DNA of 64,000 bases from the human T2T-CHM13v2.0 reference genome, Homo sapiens. The position numbers and the translations under genes are program-made. Position 1 is the stretch's first letter; the number at the start of each line of letters is the position of its first letter. Under the pieces are notes generated by a model. That model ran no database searches. It was not told where the DNA came from and was given only the letters and a program-made list of their open reading frames with translations. Shown here one piece after another: positions 1 through 14,517 of the stretch. The stretch is taken from assembly GCF_009914755.1 (NCBI RefSeq), contig NC_060930.1; one strand, given 5' to 3'.

Positions 1-1045
1 CCCAAGTTCCTTGGGTCTTTTGGGGGCAGGTGCCAGAAGCCTGGACGCAACAGATTAAGCACCAGTGCCAGGTGGGGCACAGGCGGCCCCTGTGTGGAGT
101 CATCCAGCTGTGGCTGGATCTGGGCTTTGCGGTTTTTGGGGAGCTCAGTTAGTGCCCCCTCCCCCGACTCAGACTCCAGACTGGTTGAAAGGGAGGACCC
201 GAGGAAGCATTGCGGCTCTTCCTGACTCAGGGTGCAGGCAGAGTCCCCCAGAGGTGGCCCTGGGCCCTGTAGGCCGTGTCCTGAGAAACGGCCACTGCAG
301 GACGGCAGGGGCACATGGCCACCACAGTCGGGGGGCTCCTCCTTCCTGGGAGGGCCACCCTGGGAGGTGGTGGAGGGGCCGCTGGTGCTCGGGACTCGGG
401 GAGGCTGGAATGTTCCAGACACTCTCCCTGTCTCTCATTGTGGGGTATTTCCCCCTCTCATGGCAAATTGGCTTCCTCCACACGGTGAATAACAGGGCTG
501 TTCACAGGAGCATATTTTTGGATTCTGCCTTTAAGAGAGAGACCACCTGGTACTCTTGGATTCCAAAGTTCGCAGCCCCAACAGAGAGACAGGGCGACCT
601 GGGTCAGGGGCACAGCCCACCCGTGATCTCAGGGGCGGCACCGTGGGGCACACAGTACCTGAGAGCCAGCAGGTCCCTCATGGAGCCCTGGCCTTGGCCT
701 CTGGGGTCTGCACTTTTCCTCCCCCTTAGCTCTCCCTTCCTTCTCCACTGTTTTTGGTTTTCATCTGTAATTCTTAACCCTCGTTACGGGTCCTGAAAAA
801 CAGGAAGAGACAGCATTCCTCAGGAGGAGAAGTCCTGGGCACACGGCCCCTGCCCCAGGGGGGCCTGAGGGAGCCACAGGGCCATGGGCCGTGAGCAGCA
901 GGTGTGGGCATGAGGGAGATCTAGAAAGAACAGCCCCAGGGGGCTGAGCGTCCCTCAGGGTCATGTGCAGACTCAACCTAGGGCTGACTTCATACCTCCC
1001 AATTCCCGGGACACAGGAGTGTGAGTAGAAGGCCTGCAGCTTCCC

Positions 1046-1592
1046 CAGGTGAGGGGCGCTAGTGACCGGCTGCTGACCCTCCCGGACCCAGGTGAGGGGT
1101 GCTAGTGACCGGCTGCTGACCCTTCCAGAGGGTGAGGGGTGCTAGTGACCGGCTGCTGACCCTCCCGGAGGGTGAGGGGTGCTAGTGACCGGCTGCTGAC
1201 CCTCCCGGACCCAGGTGAGGGATGCTAGTGACCGGCTGCTGACCCTCCCGGAGGGTGAGGGGTGCTAGTGACCGGCTGCTGACCCTCCCGGACCCAGGTG
1301 AGGGACGCTAGTGACCGGCTGCTGACCCTCCCGGACCCGGGTGAGGGGTGCTAGTGACCGGCTGCTGACCCTCCGGGACCTGGGTGAGGGGTGCTAGTGA
1401 CCGGCTGCTGACCCTCCCGGACCCAGGTGAGGGACGCTAGTGACTGGCTGCTGACCCTCCCTGACCGGGGTGAGGGGTGCTAGTGACCGGCTGCTGACCC
1501 TCCCGGAGGGTGAGGGGTGCTAGTGACCGGCTGCTGACCCTCCCGGACCCGGGTGAGGGGCGCTAGTGACCGGCTGCTGACCCTCCTGGACC
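1046..1592 (+). repeat. Minisatellite, 13 copies of 43/40-bp unit (GGTGAGGGGTGCTAGTGACCGGCTGCTGACCCTCCCGGA[CCCA]) in the last KIF25 intron
   Basis: GCTAGTGA anchors at 1058,1101,1141,1181,1224,1264,1307,1350,1393,1436,1479,1519,1562. Confidence 0.97.
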
Positions 1593-1748
1593 CCCGTCCC
1601 AGGAACCTGCCAGACGTGGCCACTTTCCCGCTGGGGCGCCGGGCGGCCCTCTCTGCAGCCGCCCATCTCGGGCCCTGGTTGCTGGCATGTTGGCACTTTC
1701 AGATGCTGCTCTTCTTTCCAGCTTGCATGTTGTTTTTCTATTTTAAAG

Positions 1749-1918
1749 GAGGCGATGCGAAGTTACTGGTGATTCTCTGCATTTCTCCCAGCCAGAGGCA
1801 CCTGGCACAGACGTTGCAGGGCCTGGGTTTCGGGATCCGAGCTCGGCAAGTCCAGCGAGGCCCTGCCCGAAAGAAGCCGCCCAGCTCCCAAACGGAGGGG
1901 AAGAGGAGGCCGGATTGA
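1749..1918 (+). CDS. KIF25: KIF25 (kinesin-14 family) terminal coding exon, C-terminal end of the motor domain
   Basis: Acceptor ttgtttttctattttaaAG|GA at 1748/1749. Translates (G)GDAKLLVILCISPSQRHLAQTLQGLGFGIRARQVQRGPARKKPPSSQTEGKRRPD*, matching the kinesin C-terminal motif (GGxxKTxMIxxISP...ETLxxLxFxxRA) and the KIF25 C-terminus as I recall it. TGA 1916-1918. Upstream exons lie outside the window. Confidence 0.95.
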
Positions 1919-1987
1919 ATGCATTAACAAGTTTTTCTCCTAAAACTGTGTTTCTTGTCCTTGCTTTATAATGCATATGTGCTTAGA

Positions 1988-2017
1988 AATAAACAGGTTT
2001 CACGTGGACTCAATAAA
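1988..2017 (+). terminator. KIF25: KIF25 polyadenylation signals (two AATAAA)
   Basis: AATAAA at 1988-1993 and 2012-2017, 70-100 nt after the stop codon. Confidence 0.8.
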
Positions 2018-3689
2018 CCTGGCTTTATTCCAAAGCACCCTCATGAATGTGGATGGGACCTCCAACTCCTGCCAGACCATCAGGCAGGGCAGGCTTCACA
2101 GAGGAGCTCCTTGCAGTGCGGCGGCCACCAGGTGTCACAGCAGGCACTCGCTGTCCTCATCAGACTCTCCCCAGAGGCCACCCTGGGCCCTGAAGGCCCT
2201 GCCCCGGGAAACTCGGGAGCCGGCAGAAGTAGCTGTGGGCAGGAGGGCAGGGGGCGTGAGTGCCCCACAGTGGGAGCTGGTCAGCCTGGGCCCAGTGCAG
2301 ATCCCACCCGTGAGCTGGGGAGGTGCTGCTGGGCACGTACGGCCCCAGAGCCACCAGGCCTCACACAGAGCTGCCACCTCCGCCTCCTCGAGTTCGTGCT
2401 TTTCCTTTCCCCCCAGGCTCCCTCTTTCTTCACCACTGTTTTTGGTTGTCCACCACACTCCGCATGAGGAGCTGTGCCAGGCAGGGAGGGGGCGTCTGGG
2501 GCCAGCCTCACGAACCTGTCGTCTCATTTGACACAAACGCGGCCCCCAGGATTCCTCACCACAGGCTCCAGGACCAGATGGACTCTGGTTTCCATGGTGG
2601 CTCTGCCACCTCCCAGCTCTGCATCCCTGGACGGTTTGCTTGGCCTCTAAAGCCTGGCTTCCTCCTCGGCAAAGCCAGGTGAAACCAGAGGGTTGGGAGC
2701 CTTAAAGGAGACAAGGAGCAGCTCTGGAGACTGGCCTGTGACTTCCCCTGCCGTGGGGCTGAACTGGCACGTTTAAGCCCCACCCCACCACAGGGCTCCT
2801 CTCCGCCTCACAAGGGGATGCATGGTGACAGCTGCCCACCGCGTCCTCTGCTGGAAGGGTGCCCCCTGGGGCTGCCCCCATTTCCACTGGGCCCACAGTG
2901 ACAGATGTACCCTCTCGGACCCAGCAGATCCAAGAGCAGGGTCCCAGGAGGAACGCATGTGCGGAGGAATGGGGGGTCACAAGCACAGACCAAGAATACC
3001 CCATTTCTTACCAGCAACCATTTTGGCTCTGAGAATTGGCTGGGAAGCAGGTTTTGGAGAGGAGTCACAGCTGGTAGCTTTCAGATGATTTCAATGCCAG
3101 GAAAATGTTTTTTTTTTTTTTTACTCTATCCTGTTTATGCAAGAGGGAGGTAAAATGTCTTTTCTAGTAGTTAGCACAAACCAAGTAAACCTGTGCCCAC
3201 ATGCGGCTCAGGTGAGGAGCGTGAGCTGTGGTGGTCCTGACTCATGGCGGGCAGAAGGGTAGGAACCCCCTCCCTTCCTGGGAGCCCAGAGCAAGGGGTG
3301 GAGACAGGCAGGGGGTGTTCAGAGCCCAGTGTGCTAACGGCCTTTTCCTGTACTCCTTTTCCCAGGGCGGAGCATTCTGCCTCACTGCGAGTGGGGACCT
3401 GGCCCAGGCTGCTGGGGTCCAGCTTTTAGTCAGGGTGGCCAGGAGGGCAGGTGCACGGGGCATCATGCGCTGAAGACAGAGATGCTGGGCTTCTCCCTGC
3501 CAGGAAAGGACTCAGCCAGTGGGGCTGAAAGCAGAGACATCTGCTTCAACTCATGGTTTTTAATATAATTGGGTAGAGATGATAGACAGTAGATAGGTGA
3601 GATGATGGTGAGATGGTAGATGATCAGTCAGTGAACAGATGGCAGATCTGTAGATCCATGGATGATAAACTCATCAGCAGATAGATCAG

Positions 3690-3890
3690 ATTTAATCTCA
3701 TATATAAAAAATATGATCGTTTCAATGTGTAATCAATATGAAATCAATATAGAGATATTAATGAGATATTCAAGATTCTTTGTCCACACTAAGTCTTCAG
3801 AATTGGTGTGTTTCCCACTGACTGACAGCGCCCCTCAGCACAGGCTGGCTGCGAGCTTAGGGGGCCACAGGTGGGCAGCCCACCTAGCCC
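3690..3890. mobile_element. Degenerate hAT-Charlie DNA-transposon fragment (MER33/MER3-like)
   Basis: AT-rich tttcaatgtgtaatcaatatgaaa...taatgagatatt...actaagtcttcagaattggtgtgt resembles MER33; by eye only. Confidence 0.45.
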
Positions 3891-4067
3891 TGTGCTGAAC
3901 CCCACAGACAAATGCCTCCATTTTGTAACACCACCTATTTTTAAGGATCCCTTGATTATCCTAAAGTGAAATTATACATAGATTATATAATCCTAACAGA
4001 GCATGCCTTTTTAAAAAAAAAAAAAAGAATCAATATAATGATGTAACTATAATATAATGGAGAAATA

Positions 4068-4369
<302 letters not shown>

Positions 4370-7300
4370 AATATAATGGAGAAATAAAAAGTTTTTTTCT
4401 GTGTATATACACATAAGTATATTTCAATTCGTAAAACTTTCAAAACAACTACATCTGAACACACAGCGAAGTAAATGAGTTTCGGTATAAGAAGGAAGAC
4501 AATATTCAATTTATGTATATTCGACAATTTAAAAATAAGGGCCAAGTGACTGTATCTGTGTGTGTGTGTGCACGTACATGCATGTAAAATCTCCAGGAAT
4601 GTGGCCGCTACAAAAAGCAGACAGACACACAGACATGGAATTGTCACAAGTGTCCCATTTGTGACTCACATGTCACCAGCAGTATAGCAATGTGATATAA
4701 TTTTGTACATGGTGAAAACCTCTTGGTAATGTTACAAAGTTTCAGCTTCTCTTGGTTTACATAACTGTTGCATTCCTGACACATAATGTACATTAAAACT
4801 GCAGAAATAATCCTTCCTGATTTTATGGAGAGCAGTGTGAGGTTTCAGGCCTGGATCACCAAATGCAGGATTTCCACCTGTGAATGTCTGACGGGGGCTA
4901 AAGCCACGTGGCCCCCGGGACAGTATTTGCTGGGTGGGAGTGTCCTGTGCCTTATGGGGACCTGGCGTCCTTGGTGCCTGTCTGCTCAATGTCACTTGTG
5001 TCCCCTCATCATTGTGATGACTTGAATGACCCCACAGGTTCTGAGATGCTCCCTCAGTGCCCAAAATAAAATCAAACTTCTCTTTAGGGTTGGCCCTTAG
5101 GCAGGCAGATGCCCCTGGCTCAGGAAGCCCCTCACCGGCTTGCTGAGGTGCGAAGTTCCTTTAGTAGGACAGAGACACCAACGCACAAATGATGGACTCA
5201 GGAGGTGGCAGCTCTGGTGAGATGGAAGCTTCTCTGTGGAGCCCGCACTGAACAGCAGTGCCAAGCAACAACTGCCGCCAGGCCCTGCCGTCCTCCTTCT
5301 GACCTTGAAGGGCCCGAGCTGCTGCCATAGCGTGACCGAAGGGACAGCCTGGCTGAGCCGCGTGACACTCGACAAGCCTTCTTTGTGTGTTTGATGAAGT
5401 TCCTCTCTGAGCAAGGCCGGCGTTGTGATAACCAAGCTGCCTTTGTAGAGGATGCGTGGACGCCTCGCCCCACAGCTGCGTGGGGCCCACAGTGGTGCCC
5501 CGAGACGGGCACCGTGTGAAAATGGCAGAGCTTCCCTCTGGGGAAGTGTTGGACCGGCTCTGGCCAGCCTCTACGCGGGATGGCAGAGGCGCGAGTGACT
5601 CAGGAACCTGCCAGTCACAGCCTAGAGCAAGGGCGTCTACAGAGACTGGGAGTTGGGGCAGTGGGCGTGGGGGGCGCTTGGGCCCCAGGCACCGGACCCC
5701 ACTGCCTGCCACCCTCGACGCCCCCACGCTGCAGACTGGAACCCTCTGCCCCATCACAGGGCGTGCAGCTGAGTCCTCGCTTCCCAGGTTTTCGTCTGCC
5801 TCTCACTCCCAACTCCTCATTTCCTAGAAGGAAGCCTGGGCCCAGTCTTCACCCTGGTCCACTTGGCCACACCCAGAGTGCCAGGGTTTCAGAGCAAACC
5901 AGCCCAGTCTCCAGGGTGTGGGGCTGCAGGCACTCACCCCACCGCTGGCCACCACCAGTGATTTCAGTGGCCCATCACCGTGGTGCTGACACGCTGCCCC
6001 TAAGAAGGGAGAGGGAGGGACGGACCCAGGAAACATACAGAAAAAAAACCCAAAACTAGTCAGTGACTAAAACTCAAAGACGTCCCATCAATTAACAGCT
6101 CTGCTCTGGGGTTACTATCTTCATGTTCATTAGCTTCTTCCTCTTGGCTCAGGGCCTCTGAAGGTGTTTAGGATCAACCCATTTGAAAAGCAAGGACGCT
6201 GAGGCTGTGGAAGTCCACGTACTTACTGACTCGCAGCGCCTGTGAGTGGGCGGGAAGGAGCGTCTGCCCCTCAGTCGTGGTCCGGCTCCTTCTCTCACAG
6301 ACGTGGACCTTTGGAGGGCAGTCCCAGCGCCACGGAGAAATGCATCTCCAGAAACACTCGTGGCTTCCTCAAACTGAGCACAACCAGACCTCCCCAGCGC
6401 TGACCTACGGCACAATTGTTCATGCACGAGAGCCGCCTTATGGGGTGAGTGCGTGACTCTGGTGCGAGGTTTATGTTCCCAGGGCTGACATGTCTGGGAG
6501 CTTCACAGCTGGACGAGGCATATTTGGAGGGGCGCCTTGAACCTGGACAGCACCCCCTCCTTGCCTCCCTCAGGCCGTTTGGCCACAGAACCTGTGACAT
6601 GGGCAGGCTCAGGAGAGGAGAGGAGGAAGGGAAGGAGCCCAGGCCCCGAGGAGGGAAGATTGCCGGGGGCCAGGGTGGGGGTGGGGTGGGGTGGGGGCCC
6701 AGGGCCCAGGGCTGGGGCAGCTCTGGGTGCCAAATGCGGTTTCGTCCAGAGGACACTGCAAGGCTGGAATGAAACACCCTGTCCTCTTCAGCTTGTAGCG
6801 GGTCAGAGGCCGCTGGTTTTGAAGAGATTTGCCAGTGATCTGTGGGAGGAAACACTCAGCAGAGGTTTAGGTGGCACGTGGAGACTGTGCGGGGAATACA
6901 GCCCAAATGGGGAGGACAGAAGACACCACAGCCACCCAGGGTGTGAGAGCTGCGACAGGCGCCTGTTAGAGCGGAACCACAGGGGCCCGGCCCCATCTCG
7001 GGGTCCGGGGTGGCTTCCCTGCGGGGGCGGCCTCTGTGCAGAGGCCTGAAGGGTCCACAGTGGCAAAGGGGGAATGACAAAGTGTCTGCCTGTGCCGGAC
7101 CGAGTGATCTGTACTATAATTACCCTGTGAGGGGCGCACGCTGCCGTCCTAGAGCGTCACAGACACCAGCCCCCGGGCCTGTTGGTACTCGCCGGAGGTC
7201 CCTGCGTGCCCAGAGTCCCGCCCTGGCCATCGTTTAGTGTGAGGCAGGAGGGGGCCAGATATGGTGGGGACGCCTGGCTCCCCCAGATCTCTCTTGCCTG

Positions 7301-8289
7301 CTCTTTCCTCCGCAGGCTGCCTGTGCCCCTCCCCCGTAGCCAGGAACAGGCCCTGGGGAGTGGTGGGAGGCCGTGCAGTGAGGCTTGCGGCCCTGGATGC
7401 TCCCTCAGGACTGTCTGGGACCAGGCTCGTCTCACAATCCGAATTAACTGCAGACCTCACTTCGAGAACAGCCTGGCCCAGCCCTGATACTCGGGGAAAG
7501 AGCAGCGGTCGGAGGAGGCAGGAGGAGCGCACGGAGGGCAAGCCGGGGGCCCATGTGTGGCTGGGGCAGCCGTGGCCTCCTCAGCACAGTGTGAGCCCAG
7601 CAGCCTTGCCGTGGCCAAGGCCCTGGGCCTGGGAACTTGTAATCCAGTCGCTGACTTTGCTTAGTTAGCAGAAATGGAAGACACCTCATTTGTGGAGACC
7701 GAGGTGGTGGAATGTTGACCCTGGGGGTGTTGCTGTGGGAGGCCAGTGAGCTGTTAGCCCAGTGGGCAGGACCTGGGTGACCGACGCCCTGGGGGTCTCA
7801 TAACTCCCTGGACCTTCTCCTTTCTTGGTGGAGCTTGGCCAAAACCCACGGATATTTTACATCTGTTTCCCTGAAGTGCTAGGGACGTTCTGTAGTTTCA
7901 GCCATGCTCCTCGGGCAAGCCCCGGGATGGGGTGGGGGGGCCAGAACAATGTGGGGTGGGCGTGGCCGGACGCCAGCTGCCCCTCAGCAGGGGCTTCAGC
8001 TCCATCACAGCCATGTGGACTCTGGCTCAGCCTGGGTGGACAAGGAGGTGTATACAGTTAGCACAGCCAGAGCAAGCCAGCCCTGCCCACTGAGGTGCAC
8101 AGAGCACCAATCCGCTGGCCCTCCCTCCCTCTTTCACCTGTTCTGTGCCCATTTATTGGCTGACTCCTGTACCGGGGTCTTGCTTTGGCACCGAGGAAAC
8201 TGCAGTCAAGGCCGGAGGCTCCTGCCTTGAAGATCCCAAGACCGGGATGGAGACTGATGAGCCGGATGTGTCCCAGCGTGTAATGCAGG

Positions 8290-9215
<926 letters not shown>

Positions 9216-10029
9216 ATAAAGAGCATCCCGGAGGCTCCTGAGGCGCGTCCACCTCCCAGCCCACCTCCTGCAGAGGCCCCCATTGGAGGCCGGCCTGTTC
9301 CCACTGTTACGTGTTCCCATGTCCGCTCAGGAGGGAGCCTGGCCCGCACCCCACAGGGCACACTCCTGCATCTGGCTCTGAGGACATGCTTCTTCCTCTT
9401 CTCCCACTGCGCCAGGCCCTGCCGCCGCCCCAACAGCGTGGATGTCCAGGGCTGTGGGCGGACAATGGCCCTGATGTCCAAGGACAGACAACAGAGGGTG
9501 CGGCGAACAGGTCCCCACTTGGTGACGGTGACGTCCAGTTCCTGCTGCGTGCACTGGTTTGTGACAGCAGCAGTGGCTGAATGGAGAGAACCACACCCCT
9601 GCCAGCGGGAGGCCTGGCTGGTCACCTGAGCACAGATGCCAGGGCAGAGCCAGGAGGGGACTCAGGATGAACACTGCCACCCTGGGGCGGCTGGAGAACC
9701 AGGCATGGGCCGGCGGCGAGCCGGGAGGGAGCCCCAGCCTGTGCCCAGTGGCCCGGGGGCCTCATCCGTAGCCAGGGGATGTGAGCAGGGAATGGCAGCC
9801 GCTGTGTGACCCAAGGTTCTGAGATCAGAGGAGTCCTCACCCTGGGCCCCGTTTTGAGGCCTGAAACTTCCATGGTTAGATGGTGATGGGGAGCCCTCCT
9901 TCAGGGCAAAAGATAAGATTACAAATTCTAAAGTATGAAAATAAATCTAAATACAGAAACATTAAAAAACCACCACATCACAAAGTTTAAAAAGCTGAAA
10001 AACACAGTAACACAATATTTGGTGACGGT

Positions 10030-10035
10030 TTTATT
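10030..10035 (-). terminator. FRMD1: Candidate distal FRMD1 poly(A) signal
   Basis: AATAAA on the - strand, followed by a GU/U-rich downstream element (tgtgttactgtgtttttcagctttttaaactttgtgatgtggtggttttttaatgtttctgt, ~10015-9950). Confidence 0.65.
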
Positions 10036-12224
10036 GGTGAGCTGCCTGTGATTAATAAACAATTAACCCGCGCCATTTTCCCCACTGCGTGTTCACCTCT
10101 TCACGCGCCTTTGTAGAATACCAGCTTTCTCCCGGCAGGGCTGCCCCGGATTTGTTTTCTAACCTTGGCACCTGGAAGGCAGCCTCCCCATCACAGCTCG
10201 CCGCCGTGAGAACGGTCATGGGCCCGGCTGCAGGACCGGCATTGCCTACCACGTCCAGCCTCCCACTGCCAGCTCTGTTTCTCTTCCAGTCCCCACACCT
10301 CCCAGGTTGGGAGTACATGTCCGCCTCACCAGGTGACCTCTGGCCCTGGCCATCCTGTCCTGAGACTCCCTGCTGCTCCTACAGGTAGAGACGACATGAC
10401 TGGGAACCCCGAAACGTCTCCCAGCAGACCGAGCCAAGTGTGTGTCCAGTTCAGCCTCCCCTACGCGGGCCCCACACACCCACAGGGCCCTCAGTGCCCC
10501 TCAAGGCGAAAGGAGCGTGACGGATGAACCCTGAGTGGAAGGGGCCGCCTGTCCCAAACACGGACGGCTTTTTCTGCAAGTTTTACAAACTGATAAACCT
10601 TTGTGAATGCACTCGCAGGGCCGCAGAGCTCAGCTTTCCCCGTGGCTCTGGCACATTTCCCCCGCCTGGGGAACCCAGAGTCCATGGGCCACGACGGGCT
10701 GATGCTCGGCTTGGGAACCACCTCTCCTGTGAGATCCCAGACACACAGGCAGTTGCTGGCTGCCCCGGGCCTCCCAGATGGGCACCTGAGGACCCCGGCC
10801 TCCTCCTCCTGCTTGGGGTTCAGCCCAAGAGCAGAGCTTCTCAGGCCGTCAATTACTGCAGATGGAGCAGGCTTTCCTGGAGGAAGGATGAGCTTTGTCT
10901 GGAATTCTCCATCTTCCGTGAGGGAGGCTGGGCTGATGGCTGAGGGCCCAGAGGAGTCCATGCTTCAACACAGGCAAGAGGGAACCGGCCACACCCTGCC
11001 CAGGGCCACCCTGTCACCACTCCAGACCAACTGCCCCCAGGAGCAGGGTCTGCCGCCTCCCACACCCCACCCAGCAGGGAGAGCTGCGCCCTCAGACCCA
11101 GACCCCCGCAGCAGCAATGCAGGTTCCGGGGCCCAGCGAGACCCACAGAAGCAGACGCAGTGGGGGGCTGAGAAACCCAGCCTGAACAAGCTCTCTGGGT
11201 CGTTCTTGCGAGTCTGGACCTGCCAGCTTGACCGCTGACCTGGCCCGGGCCACAGGACTGACCACCCCAGCCGGGCTCATGCGAGGCTGTGATGCTGGAG
11301 GTCCTTGGCCTGCTCCTTGGGGGTCCACAGGGACTGGGACAGGTGGTTTTCTTTTCCTCTCCACTGACAGGGTAAGACAGGGATTGGGGACTTTACCCTG
11401 TGCCCCTCCCCCACCGGCCTGCCTCATGCCACCTGAAGGCCACAAGCCCCCCTGTACACAGCGGCTTCTGCTGTTTGCAGGCCACCCCCAGCCCTGCCCC
11501 CCACCCTCCTTCTTAGGAAACATCCCTGTCCCTACCAGTCGGTGTCCATTTTTCTGGAAAATAGCCGTATTGCCTAAAAGACCTCTGATCTCAATCTGTG
11601 CAAAAAGAAAGGTTGGCTTCCCCGACTTCCCGCAGCCCCGCTCTCTGCTGCTTTCTGTCTGGGAAGGAGCCCCCTCCCAGGATGGCCTTCTGCTTCCAGC
11701 TCCGCTCCTGCCCCTCCAGGTGTGGGTGACGTGGAAGGGGGCTGTGGGGAGGGGCGGTGAGCAAAGCTGAGGCTCAAGCCTTAGGGGAGTCTGCCCCGGC
11801 CCCGGCTGGGTGTGTCTGAGCTGGTAGCCCACATGGGCTTCATGTGGCCTGCCTGGCCGTCCCCTCTTGGGCAAGTCTCAGGGCAGCGGGCCTCTAATTG
11901 TCCTCTCCACATACCCTGAACACCAGAGATTAGAGTCTTTGGAGCAGCCCTACCCGGTAGTTAACAGGCATCTGGCATAATTCTCCATGTCTGTCCACAA
12001 GGCCCAGAGGAAGGACAGAAATAGGAATCCCCAGTGGGGCCAGAGAAGCTTCTCGGGTCAGCCAGGGGCCATGGCTGCCTCGCCTCTGCCAGGACACAAG
12101 GCGCCGGGCCAGCTTCACTGATGCTTCCACAAGTTAGGGGTGGGCTGGCCCGGCCTTTGCTGCCCCTGGGGTCTATGGCGTGTGGCGAAGGTGACTGGCA
12201 GGGGAAGCCTGGACATGGGGAGTG

Positions 12225-12340
12225 TGCATGTATGGATGTGTGCATGTGTGTGTGTGCATGCGTGTGCATCTGTGTGCAGATGTGTGCGTGTGTGCATGTA
12301 TGTGTGTGCATGCATGTGGATGTGTGCATGTGTGCATGTA
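12225..12340. repeat. (TG)n/(CATG) low-complexity simple repeat
   Basis: tgtgcatgtgtgtgtgtgcatgcgtgtg... run. Confidence 0.9.
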
Positions 12341-12743
12341 GGTCTTGGCTCAGACCCTGCTTCATGGTGGACACCACCTGCTGTGTCTCCCCAACACTGG
12401 TGTGTACCTTCCCTCATGGTCCATGGGACTGGGCTCTTGCTTCCAAGTTTCTTCAAAGGAAGAAGATAGTCATTGCCCCGGAGCGGGGCAAATCAATCAT
12501 CTTGTACTAATGGGAATGGCTTTGGGAAGTGCCCACATGCTCACATCTGAGCCAGCACTAGGCGCACCTCCCCTGCCGCACAGGAATTGTGGGCAGTCTT
12601 GCCCTCGGCAGCACTGGGGCTTGTGGCCATCTACAGAACGCAGCCTTCTGTGGCCGATGCCCCTGAGTGAGTTACAGCCGGCATCTCACCAGCCCCCCAG
12701 GCAGGCTGGTCCTGGTTCAAGCAGGAGGCATCTGCTCGGGTTC

Positions 12744-12749
12744 TTTATT
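12744..12749 (-). terminator. FRMD1: Candidate proximal FRMD1 poly(A) signal
   Basis: First AATAAA I found on the - strand after the stop codon (~1.28 kb 3' UTR). Confidence 0.65.
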
Positions 12750-14019
12750 ACACGTGCCTGGGGCACACACACGATTCCCTTTCACAGAAAGGAGAGGGTC
12801 CCCCTGGATGGACCCGTCAAAGAGGCGGCCTCAATGCACGCAGCCCTGCACCAGGCCATGGGGCTCAAGCTCATGCTTGTCTCCAGTGAGCTGGAGGGTG
12901 GTGTGGCGTGGTCTTCACCACACACAGACAGTGAAGGGGGCAGTGGTGTTCAGGGCACAGGGCTGAACGATTGTGGCCTCTCAGTGCTCTGGGATGGGCC
13001 TGAGACTAGCAGGGATGCACGGGCCATTCCTCTAAATGCAGAGGACAGCAGGTTTGCACGTGTGCAGGAGTGTTGTGCAGGGGGAGGAGCCCTGGGGAGA
13101 CCCTACCCTGGTGGCCTTCCAGAGCCCACAGAACCGAGGTCGCACTACCCGTGGAGCCCACCGGATCAGAGCAGGTGCCATGCACAGCTAGTCCCCCACT
13201 CTCCGTCTGTCACCAAAGCTTCGCCCCTCCGCCAGCTGGGCTGCACCAGCCCAACCCCAGCCAGGGCAATGGCTTAAGGAAGCCACCTGTGAGCAGAGTG
13301 GGTCCTGAGGCCTCATGGCTGAGATGGGAGCAGAGTCGGCTTCAGCTCCGGGGCAGTGGGGTCTTTGGAAGCCCTGGCTTGGAAGGGAAAGCACAGCCAT
13401 TGACTGTGGATGGTGGAGGAGGGTCTCTGGCTGGATCTCAGGTGACAGAGCTGGGCTTGCACCACAAGAGGGGCCTCTGTCTGGCAGGCCCAGCGCTTGC
13501 AAACAGGAGTTGCAGAGAGGGGTTCAGGTCTGGGAGGAACCTGGGTCCTGCACAGTGATGACTGTGAACTCCGGCTTGGGAGCTCTGGCAGCCTGTGCCC
13601 ATCAGGACTGTCTCTTGGGGAGCTGACAGTGTGGGAAACTGCAGAGCTGTCTCTCCAGGGTCTGGGCCCAGCTGTGTCACCTTCTCTCCCAGATTAGGAT
13701 GGGTGACAGGCTGCCTCAGGGGCCAACACCATGGCTCTCTGGACACTTGACAGCCAGACCTTGAACTGGCTCCCTGAGACCCTGAGGGAAAGAGCTCCCG
13801 GGTGTATGGCAGACAGGCATGAGGTGCGGGACCTGTTTGTTACCTCCCAGGTTGATGTCAGAGCCAGCTCCACACCTCTTACAGGTGAACCTGTGGAGCG
13901 TGCTGGCTGCGGAAGTGCAGGCAGCATCTGGCGGGCAGGAAGGGACGAGGGCCATGTGGAAGTGGGGTGGGCAGGGGCTGAGCCTGGCGGTGCGGACGGT
14001 ACTGCTGGGTGGGTGGTGC

Positions 14020-14517
<498 letters not shown>

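Noticed and set aside
65-796. 243-aa ORF as a KIF25 exon
   Set aside because: No kinesin motifs; it lies in the last KIF25 intron
12345-13277. 310-aa + strand ORF
   Set aside because: No recognisable domain, antisense to the FRMD1 3' UTR, and expected by chance at this GC content
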